From: the human T2T-CHM13v2.0 reference genome, Homo sapiens
Length of the DNA stretch: 64,000 nucleotides
Assembly: GCF_009914755.1 (NCBI RefSeq)
Contig: NC_060947.1
Direction: 5' to 3' (one strand)
Positions within the stretch are counted from its first letter, which is position 1, and every line of letters starts with the position of its first letter. Below the pieces are notes generated by a model, which was not told the origin of the DNA, ran no database searches, and saw nothing but the letters and a program-made list of their open reading frames with translations. Made by a program: the position numbers and the translations under genes. This document shows, piece by piece, positions 14,624 to 29,350 of this stretch.

Positions 14624-14997
14624 TGTATTAGTTCGTTCTCACACTGCTATAAAGACATATGTGAGACTGTCATTTATAAAGAAAAGAGGTTTAATCGGCT
14701 TATGGTTCTGTGGGCTGTACAGGCTTCTGCTTTGGGGAAGGCCTCAGGAAACTTATAATCATGGCAGAAGGCACAGTGGAAGCAAGCATATCTTGACATG
14801 GCTGGCAGGAAAGAGTGAAGGGGGAAGTGCTACACACTTTCAAACAACCAGATCTCGTGAGAACTCACTATCATGAGAATAGCAAGGGAGAAATCTGCCC
14901 CCATGATGCAGTCACCTCCCACCAGCTCCCTCCCCCAACACTGGGGATTACAATTTAAAATGAGATTTGGGTGGGGACTCAGAACGTAACTATATCA
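14624..14997 (-). mobile_element. Solo MaLR LTR (MSTA-like)
   Basis: tgtattagttcgttctcacactgctataaag ... 'gtgctacacactttcaaacaaccagatctcgtgagaactc' ... tatatca; TG/CA ends. Confidence 0.9.
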
Positions 14998-15867
14998 GGC
15001 AGATATATAAAGTAATTGCTATACTACAATGTGGTAACTTCTATAAAGAGGCATGGAGGAATAATATTATTAAAGAATAATTAAAGATGAATTGAGATGT
15101 TTGCAGAGAAAAATAATATTTGAACTGGGATTTCAGGGCTATGTAGATTTTTATTTCCAAAAAACAGAAGGGTCTTCAGGGCAGAAGAAACTACATGGAC
15201 AAGGGTATGATAAAGTGTCACATCATGGGGAGTAAGGCATGGAATGTTTGGTTGGAGAATGTGGTATGAAGGACAGGAGGGAGGTACATTGGAGACAACT
15301 GGTAAAGGATCTTTTTACTGTAACCTATGGGTAACCTTAAATGTATTTTTAATCAGGGTTTTGTGATGGTATGATCAAATTGCATTTTAGAATGATTGCT
15401 TTTGGTAGGAAAGTTTAGGATTGATGGGAGAAAATTAGGAGTTTTTTAAACAAGTCTCAATTGGACACTGTAATGACTTGAACTAAAGCAGTAGAAGTGA
15501 GGATGTAAAGGGGGAGCTAAATATTTAGAAAGTGAACTTAACAGTTAATTAGTGACATATTAAACTTGGGGAAGTGAGAGACAAAGGGGAAGCAGAAGTC
15601 TAATATGATTCCCACGTGTCTTGCTCATGCAGCAAGTTGGATGACAGTGCTACTTACTGCGATGAGGATGAATGGGAAAAACAAAAGTTAAGCTTCAGAC
15701 ATAATACATTTGAGAAATAAGATAGTTAAGTGGCTATAGGCTACTGTCTTGTAGGCAGTCATGTGTAGAAAGTTTGTAGCTCAGAAGAATATATGGCTTT
15801 GAGGGAGAGGTTGGGAGTCCATCCACGTATGTATGGAATTTAAAACCATGAGAATGTATAAAATTAC

Positions 15868-16247
15868 TGTATTAGTCCATTCTCACATTGGTATAAGGAA
15901 ATACATGAGACAGGGTAATTTATAAAGGAAAGAGGTTTAATTGACTCACAGTTCAGCATGGCTGGGGAGGCCTCAGGAAACTTACAATCATGGCAGAAGG
16001 TGAAGGGGAAGCAAGGCACCTTCTTCACAAGGCAGCAGGAAGGAGAAGTGCCAAAAGAAGCAGGAAGAGCCCCTTATAAAACTATTCAGATGTCATGAGA
16101 ACTCACTCACTGTCATGAGAACAGCATGGGTGAAACTGCCCCCATGATTCAATTACCTCTACTTGGTCTCTCCGTTGACACGTGGGGATTATGGGGATTA
16201 CAATTCAAGATGAGATTTTGGTGAGGATACAAAGCCTAACCATATCA
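15868..16247 (-). mobile_element. Solo THE1 LTR (THE1D-like)
   Basis: tgtattagtccattctcac ... 'aggcaccttcttcacaaggc' ... aaccatatca; perfect 5-bp TSD attac (15863-15867, 16248-16252). Confidence 0.93.
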
Positions 16248-17019
16248 ATTACCTGAAGAAGAACTGTAGAAAGAGAAAAATAAAGAGGGCCCAGGATTAA
16301 TTGCTGAATGCTAATATTTGAAGGGCCAATGGGAGGAAGAGCAGCCAGCAAAGAAAATGCCAACAAAGAAGTGGCAAAATGAAGAACAATATGATATAAT
16401 AAATGCCGGGAGAAGAAACTGTTTCAGGAAGAAAGGAGGGACTAGTTTCGTCGTGTAGATTATTGCTTAAAGTCAGATAAAGGCAGCAAATATATTTTAG
16501 GTTTGGCAGTATCAAGAATGTTATTGATCTTAATGCATTATTTTCTAACACTTAGTGTAGATGGAAGCCAGATTGGAATTCTTTGGAGTTTAGGACCATT
16601 GGAGGTATCTGTTGATGTCAGTCATTGAGATAATACAGGAGGAATGTAACGTTTGTTAAGAGAAAGAAAGAATGAATTGTTAAATCCTATTGAATATGAT
16701 AAGCAGCTGGAGATGTTCAGCAACTAGCAAAGCATATGATCTGGAACTCACAGACCAGTCTGGGCTGAGGCTAAGGATTTTGAAGGTATTCAGTAGTTGA
16801 AGCCTCACTGGGTATTCTCAGCCACATTTCAAAATAAAATTGGGTCCAATTTATTATGGAAAATTGGCAAATTTTATTAATATATAATACCTTACAGCAG
16901 TACACACATCACAGTTTACAAAGGAGACAGTTGACAAATGAATGAAATGTGTTAGTTTAGCCCTCTCTAAAGATTAATTATTTGAATACACTCTAATATT
17001 GGTTAAGGCAGTTAATACC

Positions 17020-17135
17020 TGAAGAGTATATTTTCTTTTTTTTTTTCTCAGTTAAGTGGCTGTAGGCTACTGTCTTATAGGCAGTAATGTGTAGAAGATT
17101 GTAGCTCAGAAGAATATATGAAGAGTATATTTTCT
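17020..17135 (-). repeat. 71-bp copy of 15724-15795 flanked by a 17-bp TSD, with a T tract
   Basis: tgaagagtatattttct at 17020-17036 and 17119-17135; T tract 17037-17046; 17050-17120 aligns to 15724-15795 with about 5 differences. Confidence 0.9.
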
Positions 17136-20011
17136 GAGTCTGGGATCCTAGTTAATATTAAAAAAATGTGACATCAGACATTCATATAAAATCCAAACCT
17201 AATCAAAGCAGATAGTCCTATTTAAATAACTAGGCTTGAAAAAAAGAAAGGGTTAACAACTCAAATCTTGAATTTGTTTCCATTGTATTTACACCCTAGA
17301 TTTCTATGAAGTGCCACATTACATTATATGCTTATTTATCTCTACTCTTCACCTAGAGATAAAATACAGTCAGACAAATAGCTGAGAATCTGAAATTCAA
17401 AGCAGTTCTTTTGAAAGTTAATTCTCCAGTAAGTTTCTCCAGTAAGTTTCATCCTCAGATTGCTTCATTCACAATGGAGTATAATGGTTGGTTGGAAATG
17501 TGGAAATGACCATTTTTGATTTAAATTACTTTTGTCACACAGTTTTTGATACTAGCAAAGAAAACATTGAATATGATTGACCTAGTTAATTTTAATTTCA
17601 TACAATTCATAAAAGTTATGTTAGTAATTTTACAGAGTAAAACCTTTATCCATTTATGCTTCTGAAAAATGACCTTGTAAAATGTCAGAATTGCCATGGT
17701 ATGCTTTTGAAAAATACTTAATGATTTGTGCTTGATGCATTTAAACTCTTTATTGAAGGTCAAGGATTCTATTAGGGCATTTTTGTCAGTAAAATGTTGA
17801 CAGAAATGAACTAGGTAGTTGAATTCTCACTGACAATACTGTCACAATTGTTAAGAAATTGTCTAATGATAAGGCCAGATTTTGCTCATTATTTTTCTTA
17901 GTAACTACCACTAGTTCATTAAATATTGCCTTAATTAGAGTGTGTGTTAAGTGTCAAAACTTAATGGTCACAGTCACAATCCTTATTTAATAGATACTTA
18001 GTTTGAATTGCTATAGTTATATTATTCTCAATGACTGTGTATATATGCCATGCATTTGGATGAGATGGAATTGTGTGGGTATTCCAAAAGCACTGATGAT
18101 TATGTTGATTTCAGTGTATTTTTGATATTCGATATTGAGCTTAGATACCCACAGTTTGATCTGTGAAATCACATTCCAAACTAGTAAAGCCACAAAATAA
18201 AAGCAATGAAGTAAAGCTGGGATATATTCTTATTTTCTTATTTATAACTCTTTCCTATCACCTAATCAGTGCAGTATATTTTGCGAACAGTCAGATTTGT
18301 TGCCACCTAAAATAAGAGTTGCAGTTGTTTCATGGTGATAGTTTTTCTCACCTCTGACCTCGTTAAGGAGATGGTTATAAACACAATTGTTTTAAAGGCC
18401 TAATAAGACATGTGAATATAGTGTAAAAAAAATCTTGGGATTATCTCTTTTATTTATGTCAGTGATTACTTGAATGGAAAATTCCTAGGTTAGTCTGTAC
18501 AAAGATCACATTCCTCTGTGTATTTTTGTTATCTATACTTAGAGGTGCACATATTTATGTTCTGTTGATATAGCATATTGAGAAATGTTTTTAAATGTAT
18601 GCATCCTAGAGATGCTATCGTTGTAGTATCTAGGAGTTGTATAAGTATGGTGAAATTAGCCCTCAGAATTTTTTTGCCTCAGTGTGTAAGATAAGCTTGG
18701 ATGGTATGTACAGCATCATTCCCCCATACATCGTGCTCCGTGGTAAAAATGACCTTTTAACTTAGGTTTTTGAATCACATTTAGCAAATTGATGCATATC
18801 CTATGACTCCTTGGGTTTTTGCCAAGATTTTTCATTGTAGTATTCAATTCTGTTAAACTTTGTATGGCATACAAGAGTCATGCGACTTCTGGTTACTAAT
18901 GATTATAGATATGTCTCAGTCTCAAAGCTCTGAATACAACTGTTCTTCATCTTATGAGATTTTGTGAGTTTCATAGGTCTTATGGAAGACCTTAAGTCGT
19001 CATTGCCCTTTCTCTAGGCAGGACTGTATTCATACCTCCATCTCAATAATCATCTTCATTTTGTTAAGAATCTTCAATGTCTTGTGTACTTTGTTGGATT
19101 TTCTCATTTCATCAGATGATTGTGATCACGATCATTTTGATTATATTAAATGTCACACTTTTAATATTCCTTATTTGAAAAGATATTTCAGTGGATAGCA
19201 TAAACATTAAAGGTGAGGTGGTGAATTTAGTGCAAAATGTGTAAGGTAGGCAACCAGCTATCATTTGTATAATTCATGCTTTTGTTACAAATGCCATTGT
19301 CCACTAATGCTGACTTTTTATCAGCTTAAATTGTGGGAGGCTATATTCGTAGTTAATTGACAGAATTTTATAGAGGCAGCAAATGCTTTTTATTTAAAGG
19401 ACATCCTTAGCTTCTATATCCTGTGATATAACTCGTGTATTTTGCCAGTCAGTAGAAGTAGTAATGCACTGAAGAAATGTATATATTGTACCTCAATAAA
19501 AATAGTAATTAATATTTACCTTTAACTTCTGTGGCATTTTTTAGGATATATTAATAAACTCCATGTCACTTATCACAAAATAAGGAGAAAAAATACCTAA
19601 AATCTATTTCATATTTTCTGTCATAGTTTACTGAGCAGATTTTTGAATTGGGGGGAGAAATGACAGTTGTATTAGAACAAACTCAATTTAATGATCCCTC
19701 TATTTTTCTTTCTATAAGAAAAAAAATGATAATGCTCAGTTTATGGAGGACACATTAATCATTTTTAGTTTGAAAAACTGGATTCTTTTCATATTATTAA
19801 AACTTTTTGATGTTGATTGAAGCCAAATACGTTTTTTAATTGTCTTTGATGATCAAAATGAGGGATTCATGTACCTGCATTTCTCTGCCAAACGTAGCCC
19901 TTTACTATAGAATATATATTAGTGAACTTCACTTGCTTTATTTGTTCTTTATGCTGATCTGCAGGAGGTCATTATAAAATGTGAACCAAAGACCCACTAG
20001 CAAATAGCGCT

Positions 20012-20235
20012 GGGTTAGAGAAGCAGGATTAGAGATGCAGGCTCTGGAGCCAGACTCGTTGGGTTCAAAACTCACTTAAACCACTTCGTAACTGGTCTGA
20101 TCTTGGGTATGATGTCATATCTCAGTCTCTTCATCTATAAAATGGGGATAATAATAGTATGTACCCTTTAGGATTATTGACAATTGAGTTAATAATTGTA
20201 AAATGTTTAAAATGGTACCTGCTGCATATTACAGA
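20012..20235 (+). mobile_element. MIR SINE
   Basis: 'ggctctggagccagact...gggttcaaa' head and core 'ctcagtctcttcatctataaaatggggataataatagta'. Confidence 0.85.
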
Positions 20236-20525
20236 TGGTATTCGTTGTAATCGTTTTTATCACTGTCAATAATGTCCACTTATTATAGCAGCAGATATTT
20301 TTGAATCCAGGGATGTAGTCAATTCTTTGTCATCTGTCTTCAGGGACTGTGACCTACACCTTTGACAATTTTGACAGTATTACTACCTGCTCAGCTTCCC
20401 TATAGTGTCTGTGAGCTGGCTAGCAATTTAGTACACTGATCTTATTTGGTAGATGAGGAAACTGTGGGCCAGTAATAAATTTACTTATGGTTATAAAGCT
20501 GGTAATTAAGAGTCTAATTTCGATT

Positions 20526-20809
<284 letters not shown>

Positions 20810-21017
20810 AAGAGTCTAATTTCGAATATAGCTCTTCTGATGACTTGTGTGGTAGTACTTGTACTTCATGGCTTAAGTGTGTCTATGTATTTTTCTTTCA
20901 TTTTTGAATAATGAGTTCCTTCAGGGTAAGAACCATGAAGTAAATGTACAAAATGTTGGTACATGTATCCATTGTTTTTGGTTTTCCAGGGGGCTAAAAT
21001 TAACACTGAAATGCAAT

Positions 21018-21382
21018 TGATATAGTTTGGCTGTGTTCCCACCCAAATCTCATCTTGAAATGTAGCTCCCATAATCTCCATGTGTTGTGGGAGGGACCTG
21101 GTGGGAGGTAATTGAATCATAGAGGTGGTTTTTTTCCCATGCTGTTCTCATGATAGTGAATAAGTCTCACAAGAACTGATGCTTTTATAAAGAGCAGTTC
21201 CCATGCACATGCACTCTTGCTTGCTGCCGTGTAAGACATGCCTTTGCTCCTCTTTTGCCTTCCACCATGATTGTGAGGCCTCCCCAGCCATGTGGAACTG
21301 TGAGTCCATTAAATTTCTTTTTCTTTATAAATTAGCCAGTCTTGGGTATTTCTTCATAGCAGCATGAAAATGGACTGATACA
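21018..21382 (+). mobile_element. Solo THE1 LTR (THE1C-like)
   Basis: tgatatagtttggctgtgttcccacccaaatctcatcttgaa ... gaaaatggactgataca; TSD gcaat/acaat; tataaa at 21186-21191 and attaaa at 21308-21313. Confidence 0.93.
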
Positions 21383-21792
21383 ACAATTTATGGAATTATC
21401 TTTCTATTGATATCTGTTATGAAACTATGTATTTATACACCTAAAATGTGATAAAAGTCACACTCGAGAATGGAAGAGAATAGGGTTAATGACAAACAAA
21501 AGAAAAAGACGCAGGCATTGGCTTTAACCACTGTGAGTACAAGACATAGGCTAAAAAAGAAATCAGTGATAGGAATACATTATTTCCCAATTGTCCACTT
21601 TCAAAGTAAAGGCCTGGCAATTGTGGAATTGAAATTTCTTTTATCTTCAGTAAACAGAGATGGCTAAAATTTTCACGACTCATTTAATCCCGCAGCTTTT
21701 AGCTAAATAGTGTTCATTCATCTCTCTTGATTCTTAATTTAGTGATTCAGATTTCCATAAACATGAGTTTCTGTAAAACATTTATAATATTT

Positions 21793-21897
21793 GCCCATGT
21801 GCCAGTAGTCCTAGCTACTCAAGAGGTTGAGATGGGTTGATCGCTTGAGCCCTGGAGTTCAAAACCAGCCTGAGCAACATAGCAAGATGCCACCCCC
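21793..21897 (+). mobile_element. Free Alu monomer (FLAM-like)
   Basis: 'gtagtcctagctactcaagaggttgagatgggttgatcgcttgagccctggagttcaaaaccagcctgagcaacatagcaaga'. Confidence 0.85.
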
Positions 21898-21909
21898 ACA
21901 TACAAATGA

Positions 21910-21911
<2 letters not shown>

Positions 21912-21941
<30 letters not shown>
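21912..21941. repeat. (AC)15 microsatellite in the FLAM tail
   Basis: Perfect dinucleotide run read directly. Confidence 0.95.
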
Positions 21942-21943
<2 letters not shown>

Positions 21944-22651
21944 ATGTCTACTTTGAGTTTTGTAAAATTATATTTCCTTTAAATGAAAAATGTAGCACTA
22001 GTGATTATGAAAACAAAAATTAGTATTTTCCCAAAGATTAATCTGCCATTGTTATCCATCAGTTCACCATCTAAGCCCCATTGCTCTCAAATTCAATGTT
22101 CAGTGTGTTTGAACTGTACCCTTGCTTCAACCAGGCCAATTTGTTTTTTCTCACTTATCCACACTGTCACACTGTCAGCCCATGTGCCTGTCACATACCA
22201 CTTCCCCAAATAAAATTTCTGATACATTTGACTCAACTAATCACTGAACTTACTCCTTTACAGTCTCCTTTATTTCTTCTAATTATTCCTGATACCAGCT
22301 TTGAGAATACTGAAGAGAGTTAACTATGCCTGAGTGGAGCCTTTCATTTTCTTAATATGCATTCCATTAACATGAGCATTTTGTTCCTAAATGCCCTTGA
22401 GTTACTTTTAAATGTTCCCTTTGGTGTCCTCAACCTGTTTCTAGCTTTTTGAAGGTAAGAAACAGGTCATCTGTTTGTTTTGTTCCCTTCACAACACCAG
22501 TGGGTGTTTTGTTCAAGCTATTTCCTGACTAACTTCCTCAGTGGGGAAATGTTCAGGGTATGCAAATTTATTTTCAATTAACTTACATAATACAAAACTG
22601 GGTAAATACAGGAGTTGAGGTGATTTATGATTGCTTTAAAACACAAAGCCA

Positions 22652-22962
22652 GTCCAGGTGCGGTGGCTCACGCCTGTAATCCCAGCACTTTGGGAGGCCA
22701 AGGCGGGTAGATCACGAGGTCAGGAGTTCAAGACCAGCCTGACCAACATAGTGAAACCCTGTCTCTACTAAAAATGCAAAAAAAATTAGCCAGGCGTGGT
22801 AGCAAGCGCCTGTAATCCCAGCTACTCGGGTGGCTGAGGCAGGAGAATCGATTGAACCTGGGAGGCGGAGGTTGCAGCGAGCCTAGATCACGCCACTGCA
22901 CTCCAGCCCGGGCAACAATGTGAGACTCCACCTCAAAAACAAAACAAAACAAAACAAAACAA
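22652..22962 (+). mobile_element. AluS with an (AAAAC)n tail
   Basis: Full dimer; exact 15-bp TSD taaaacacaaagcca (22637-22651, 22963-22977). Confidence 0.97.
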
Positions 22963-25900
22963 TAAAACACAAAGCCAAGTGTATTTATTATTAGTATGGA
23001 GTGTATCAGTGTTGAATTCTCTCTGTATCTTTTTTTATTTTTTTATTTTTAACTCTAATGGAAGAAGATCCTAGAAACTTTAAGGATTGTAGATTATATC
23101 TGTAGCCTTGATTTTTTTTCCACTTTGCTTGACAAAGGTAATCCTATTTAGCAATGTATTTAAGTGCCTCTGCATTTGAAAGAATGTTGATTTTTCCAAA
23201 TAGGGTACGATATTTTATGAAAGTTTTTTTTCTTGAAAACAGAATGAGCATCCCAAGATCAGACAGAGAAGTAATATATAGATATAATTAGCTTTTCTGT
23301 TTAAAAAAAAAGGTGATGGACAAATACTGTCTTGATAATTCAAGTCAATAATCCACAAATGTATATTAGTCTCAGTGGCTGAGAGTCTGTGAGTCTGTTG
23401 TCACTCAGTAGGTCAAATCTAATCCGTGTATCTATAGTCTCTTAAATACTCATTTGCACATTGGATTAACTGTGTGTATTTAAGCATTACATGTTTTTAT
23501 ATAGCTAAGCTTGAGTATATTATTAAAAGTTTTATCCCTTTACTTTGCAATGAAAAGAAGTGATAATTTGTAATGAATATATATATATATACATATATAT
23601 GTTTGCATCAGTGTCATGTGGCCCATCCCTATATAGAGTGGAACACGTATGATCAAACTATCTGAGTGCAAAGCCTCAATTTCATTTACTGTTGTGACAA
23701 CTAATGTTTAATGTTAGCAAAGCAACAGATAAAATTCACATTTTACTAAAGCAAGACCATATTGATTCATAGAAGACTTTAGTTGTTAATTCTTAGGTCA
23801 AGATCTAAGTATGTTTCCCTTTTCCTTATTATTTTTACTTGCTGTATCAGACTGACCACTTCTCAGTATATTATTAGTTATGAGATAGAAAAATGAATTA
23901 TGTTCTAAGTTTTCTTAACATTTCTAATTCTTTTTAATTTTTATTTTCGTGGGTCCATAGTAGGTATAAGTATTTATAAAGTACATTAAATATTTTGATA
24001 CAGGCATACCATGTGTAATAATGACATCAGGGTAAATGTGATATGCAACACCTCAAGTATGTATTCTTTTCTTTTTGTTATACACAATCTAATTATAATC
24101 TTTTAGTTATTTTAAAGTGTAAAATAAATTATTGTTGACTATACTCACCCTCTTGTGCTATCAAATACTAGATCTTACTTATTTCATCTAACTATACTTT
24201 TGTACCCATTAACTATGCCTTCTCACTAGACACCTACCTTTCCTAGCCTCTGCTAACCATCGTTCTACTATCTATCTCCATGACTTCAATTGTTTGAATT
24301 TTTGGCTCTCATGAATAAGTGAGAATATGTGAAGTTTCTCTTTCTGTGCCTGGCTTATTTCGCTCCACATAATGATCACCAGTTCCATTCATGTTGTTGC
24401 AACTGACAGGATCACATTCTTTTTTTTTTTTACTGGCTGAATAGTACTCCATCATGTATATTTACCACATTTTCTTTATTTATTCTTCTGTTGATGGACA
24501 GTTTGTTTTGTTCCAAATCTTAGCTATTGTAAACAGTGCTGCAACAAACATAGGAGTGCAGATATCTCTTTGATATACTGATTTCTTTTCTTTTGGGCAT
24601 ATACCCAGCAGTGAGATTGCTGGATCATATGGTAGCTCAATTTTTAGTTTTTTAGGAACCTTCAAACTGTTCTCCATAGAGGTTGTACTAATTTACTTTC
24701 CCACCAACAACAATATACAAGGCTTCCTTTTAATCCACATCCTCTCCAGCATTTGTTATTGCCTGTCTTTCAGATGAAAGCCATTTTGGCTGGGGTATGA
24801 TAATATCTGATTATAGTTTTGATTGGCATTTCTCCGATGATCAATGATATTGAGCACCTTTTCATATCCCTGTTTGCTATTTGTATGTCTTCTTTTGAGA
24901 AACGTCTATCCAGATTTTTTGCCCATTGTTTGATTGGATTATTAGATTTTTTCCTATTGAAATGTTTGAGTTCCTTATATATTCTGGTTATTAATCTCTT
25001 GTCAGGTGGGCATTTCACAGATATTTCCTACCATCCTGTGGGATGCTCTTTACTTTGCTGATTGTTTCATTTGCCTTGCAGAAGGTTTTTAACTTGATGT
25101 GATCCTTTTCGTCCATTTTTGCCTTAGTTGCCTGTGCTTTTAGGATATTACTCAAGAAATCTTTGCCTAGTCCAGTGTCCTAGACAGTTTTCCCAATTTT
25201 TTCTTGTAGTAGTTTCATAGTTTGAGGTCTTATAATCTATTTTGATTTTTATATATAGTGAGAGATAGGGGCTAGTTTCATTCTTCCACATATAGATATC
25301 CAGTTTTCCAAATACCATTTATTGAAGACATTGTCCTTTCCCCCAATGTATGTTCTTGGCATCTTTGTCAAAAATGAGTTCACTGTAGATGCATGGATTT
25401 CTTTCCAGGTTCTCTATTCTGTTCCATTTTTCTGTGTGCCTGTTTTTATGCCAGTACCATGGTGTTTTGGTTACTATAGATCTGTAGTATAATTTGAAGT
25501 CAGGTAATATGATTCTTCCAGTTTTGTTCTTTTTACTCAGGATGGTTTTGGCTATTCTCAGTCTTTTGTGGTTCCATAAAAGTTGTAGGATTTTTTTCTT
25601 GGTAGGTTGTATGTGTCTATATTTGTGAAGAATGTCACTGGAATTTTGATAGGGATCACATTGAATTTGTAGATTGCTTTGGGTAGCATAGGCATTTTAA
25701 CAATATTGAATCTTCCAATCCATCAACATGGAATATATTTTAAATTTTTTTTGGTGTCCTCTTCAGTTTCCTTCATCGATCTTTTAGAGTTTTCATGGTA
25801 GAGATCTTTCAGTTCATTGGTTAATTCCTAGATATTTTATTTTATTTGTAGCTGTTGTAAATGGGACTACTTTCTTGACTTATTTTTCAGATTTTTCGCC

Positions 25901-26724
25901 ATTGGCATATAGAAATGCCTCTGATTTTTGTCTGTTGATTTTGTGTCCTGCAACTTTACTGAACTTGTCAGCTCTTATAGTTTTTTGATTGAGTCATTAG
26001 GTTTTTCCAAATATAAAATTATATTAACTGCAAATGAGGCTAATTTGACTTCTTCCTTTCCAATTTGGAGGTCCTTTATTTCTTTCTGTTATTTAATTGC
26101 TCTAGCTAGGGCTTCCAGTATTATGTTGAATAACAGTGGTGAAAGCGGGCATCCTAGTTGTGTTACAGATCTTAGAGGAGAAGCTCTTAGTTTTTCCCCA
26201 TTTTCAGTATGATGCTAGCTGTTGGTCTGTCATATAATAGCTCTTATTGTGTTGAAGTATGTTCCTTCTGTCTCTAGTTTTTTGTGGGTTTTTATCATGA
26301 AGGGATGTTGAATTTTATCAAATGCCTATTCAGCATCAATTGAAATAATAAGGCTTTTATCCTTTATTCTGTTGATATGTTACATCACATTGATTTGCAC
26401 ATGTTGAACCATCCTTGCATCCCCAGGATGAATCCCACTTGGTCATGGTGAATGATTTTTCTAATGTATTGTTGAATTCGGTTTGCTGTTATTTTGCTGA
26501 GGATTTTTGCATCAATATTCATCAGACATATTGCCTGTAGTTTTCTTTTTTAATGTGTCCTAGTCTAGTTTTGGTAATATTGGCCTTATAGAATGAATTT
26601 GGAAGTATTCCCTCCTCCTCTATTTTTTTTTTTTTTGAATATTTTGAGTATGATTGGTATGAATTCTTCTTTAAATGTTTGGTAGAATTTAGCAGTGAAA
26701 CCGTCTCTCGGATTTCTTTACTAG

Positions 26725-27125
<401 letters not shown>

Positions 27126-29024
27126 TCACTGATTTTAGTGGTTTGATCTTGCTTTCCTAGTTCATTAAAATGCCTTGTTATTTATTTGAAGTTTTTCTTT
27201 TTTTTTTTTTTTTTTTTGATGTAGGAGGTTATAGCTCTAAACTTCTTTGTAGTACTGCTTTTGTTGTATCCCATCAGTTTTGGTATGATGTGTTTTCATT
27301 TTCATTTGTTTCAGCAAATTTTTAAATTTTCTTCTTAATCTCTGTATTAACCAACTGGTCATTCAGGAGCATATTGTTCAATTTCCATGTTTTTGTATAG
27401 TTTCCAAAATTCCCTTTGTTATTGATTTCTAGTTTTATTCCATTATGGTCAAACATTCAAGTTTTTTTAACGTTTTAAGACGTGTTTTGTGGTATGTCCT
27501 TGAGAATGATCCATATGCTGAGGAAGAAAATGTGTATTCTGTGGTCCTTGCATGAAATGCTCTGTAAATATCTATTAGATCCATTTGGTCTATGGTGCAG
27601 ATTAAATCTGATGTTTCTTTGTTGGTTTTCTGTCTGGAAGATCTGTCCAGTGCTGAAAGTGGAGTGTTGAAGTCTCTAGCTATTATTGCATAGGGTTCTA
27701 TCTTTGTCTTTAGCTCTAATAATGTCTGTTTCACAAATCTGGGTGCTCCAGTGTTGGCTGCATATATATTTTGAATCGTTATATGCTCTTGCTGAAATGA
27801 CTCCTTTAACATTTTATAATGACCTTGTCTCTCTCTTCTTACAGTTTTGAAATCTATTTTGTCTACTCCTGCTCTTTTTCCATTGGCATGGAATATCTTT
27901 TTCCATCCCTTTATTTTCTATGTGTGTCTTTATAGGTGAAGCGTGTTTCTTGAAAGCAACAATGCATTTTAATGAACTATAAAAGCAAGAGCTTTTTTTA
28001 AAAAACATTTAACCCCTCTATGTCTTTTGATTGGAGAATTTAGTGCACTTACATTCAATGTTATTATTGATAAGTAAGGACTTACTCCTACCATTTTGTT
28101 ATATTTTTCTGGTTGTTTTGTGGTCTTCTCTTTCTTCTTTCCTTTCTTCCTGTCTTCCTTTTAGAGAAGATGATTGTCTCTGGTGGTGTGTTTTCATTTC
28201 TTGTTTTTTATTGTCTGTGTATCCTTTGTATGTTGTTTATTTGAGGTTGTCATGAGGCATGCAAATAATATCTTATAACTCATTATTTTGAACTGATGCT
28301 AACTAAACACTGGTTGCATAAACAAACAAGCAAAGAGAAAACTAATAAAAACTCTACACTTTAGCCTCATCCCCTTGCTTTTTAACTTTTTGTTTTTTCT
28401 CTTTATATCTTATTGTACTATGTCTTGAAAAATTGTTGTAGTTATTATTTTTGATCTGTTCATCTTTTAGTGTTTCTACTCAAGATATGAGTAGTTTACA
28501 CACCACAATTACAGCGTTACAATATCCTGTGTTTTTTCTGTGTACTTACTATTACCGGTGAATTTTGCACCTTCAAATGATTTCTTCTTGCTCATTAATG
28601 TCCTTTTCTTTCTGATTGAAGAACTTTCTTTAGCATTTCTTGTTGATGAAATCCCTTAACTTTTGTTTATCTGGGAAAGTGTTTATTTGTCCTTCATGTT
28701 TGAAGGATATTTTCTCTGGATATACTATCTCGGATAATAGTTCTTTTTCTTCAGCACTGTATATATGTCATGCCACTCTCTCCTGCCTGTAAGGTTTCCA
28801 CTGAGAAGTGTGCTGCCCGATTTATGGGAGCTCCATTGCATGTTATTTGTCTCCTTTCTTTTGATGATTTTAGGATCTATTCTTTATCTGTTACTTTTGG
28901 GAATTTGGTTGTTAAATGTCTTGAGGTAATCTTATTTGGGTTAAATCTATATTTATATTCTATATTTCTTGTATATTGGTATCTTTCTCTAGGTTTGGAA
29001 AGTTTTCTGATATTATCTATTTGA

Positions 29025-29350
<326 letters not shown>

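Larger units (their letters stand above)
14545..16800 (-). mobile_element. Long degraded L2 relic interrupted by two MaLR LTRs
   Basis: Purine-rich antisense-L2 motifs ('gctagagatactaagatgaataagatatgg', 'atgatcaaattgcattttagaatgattgct', 'tgaactaaagcagtagaagtgaggatg', 'aagaagagcagccagcaaag'-like); boundaries approximate. Confidence 0.6.
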
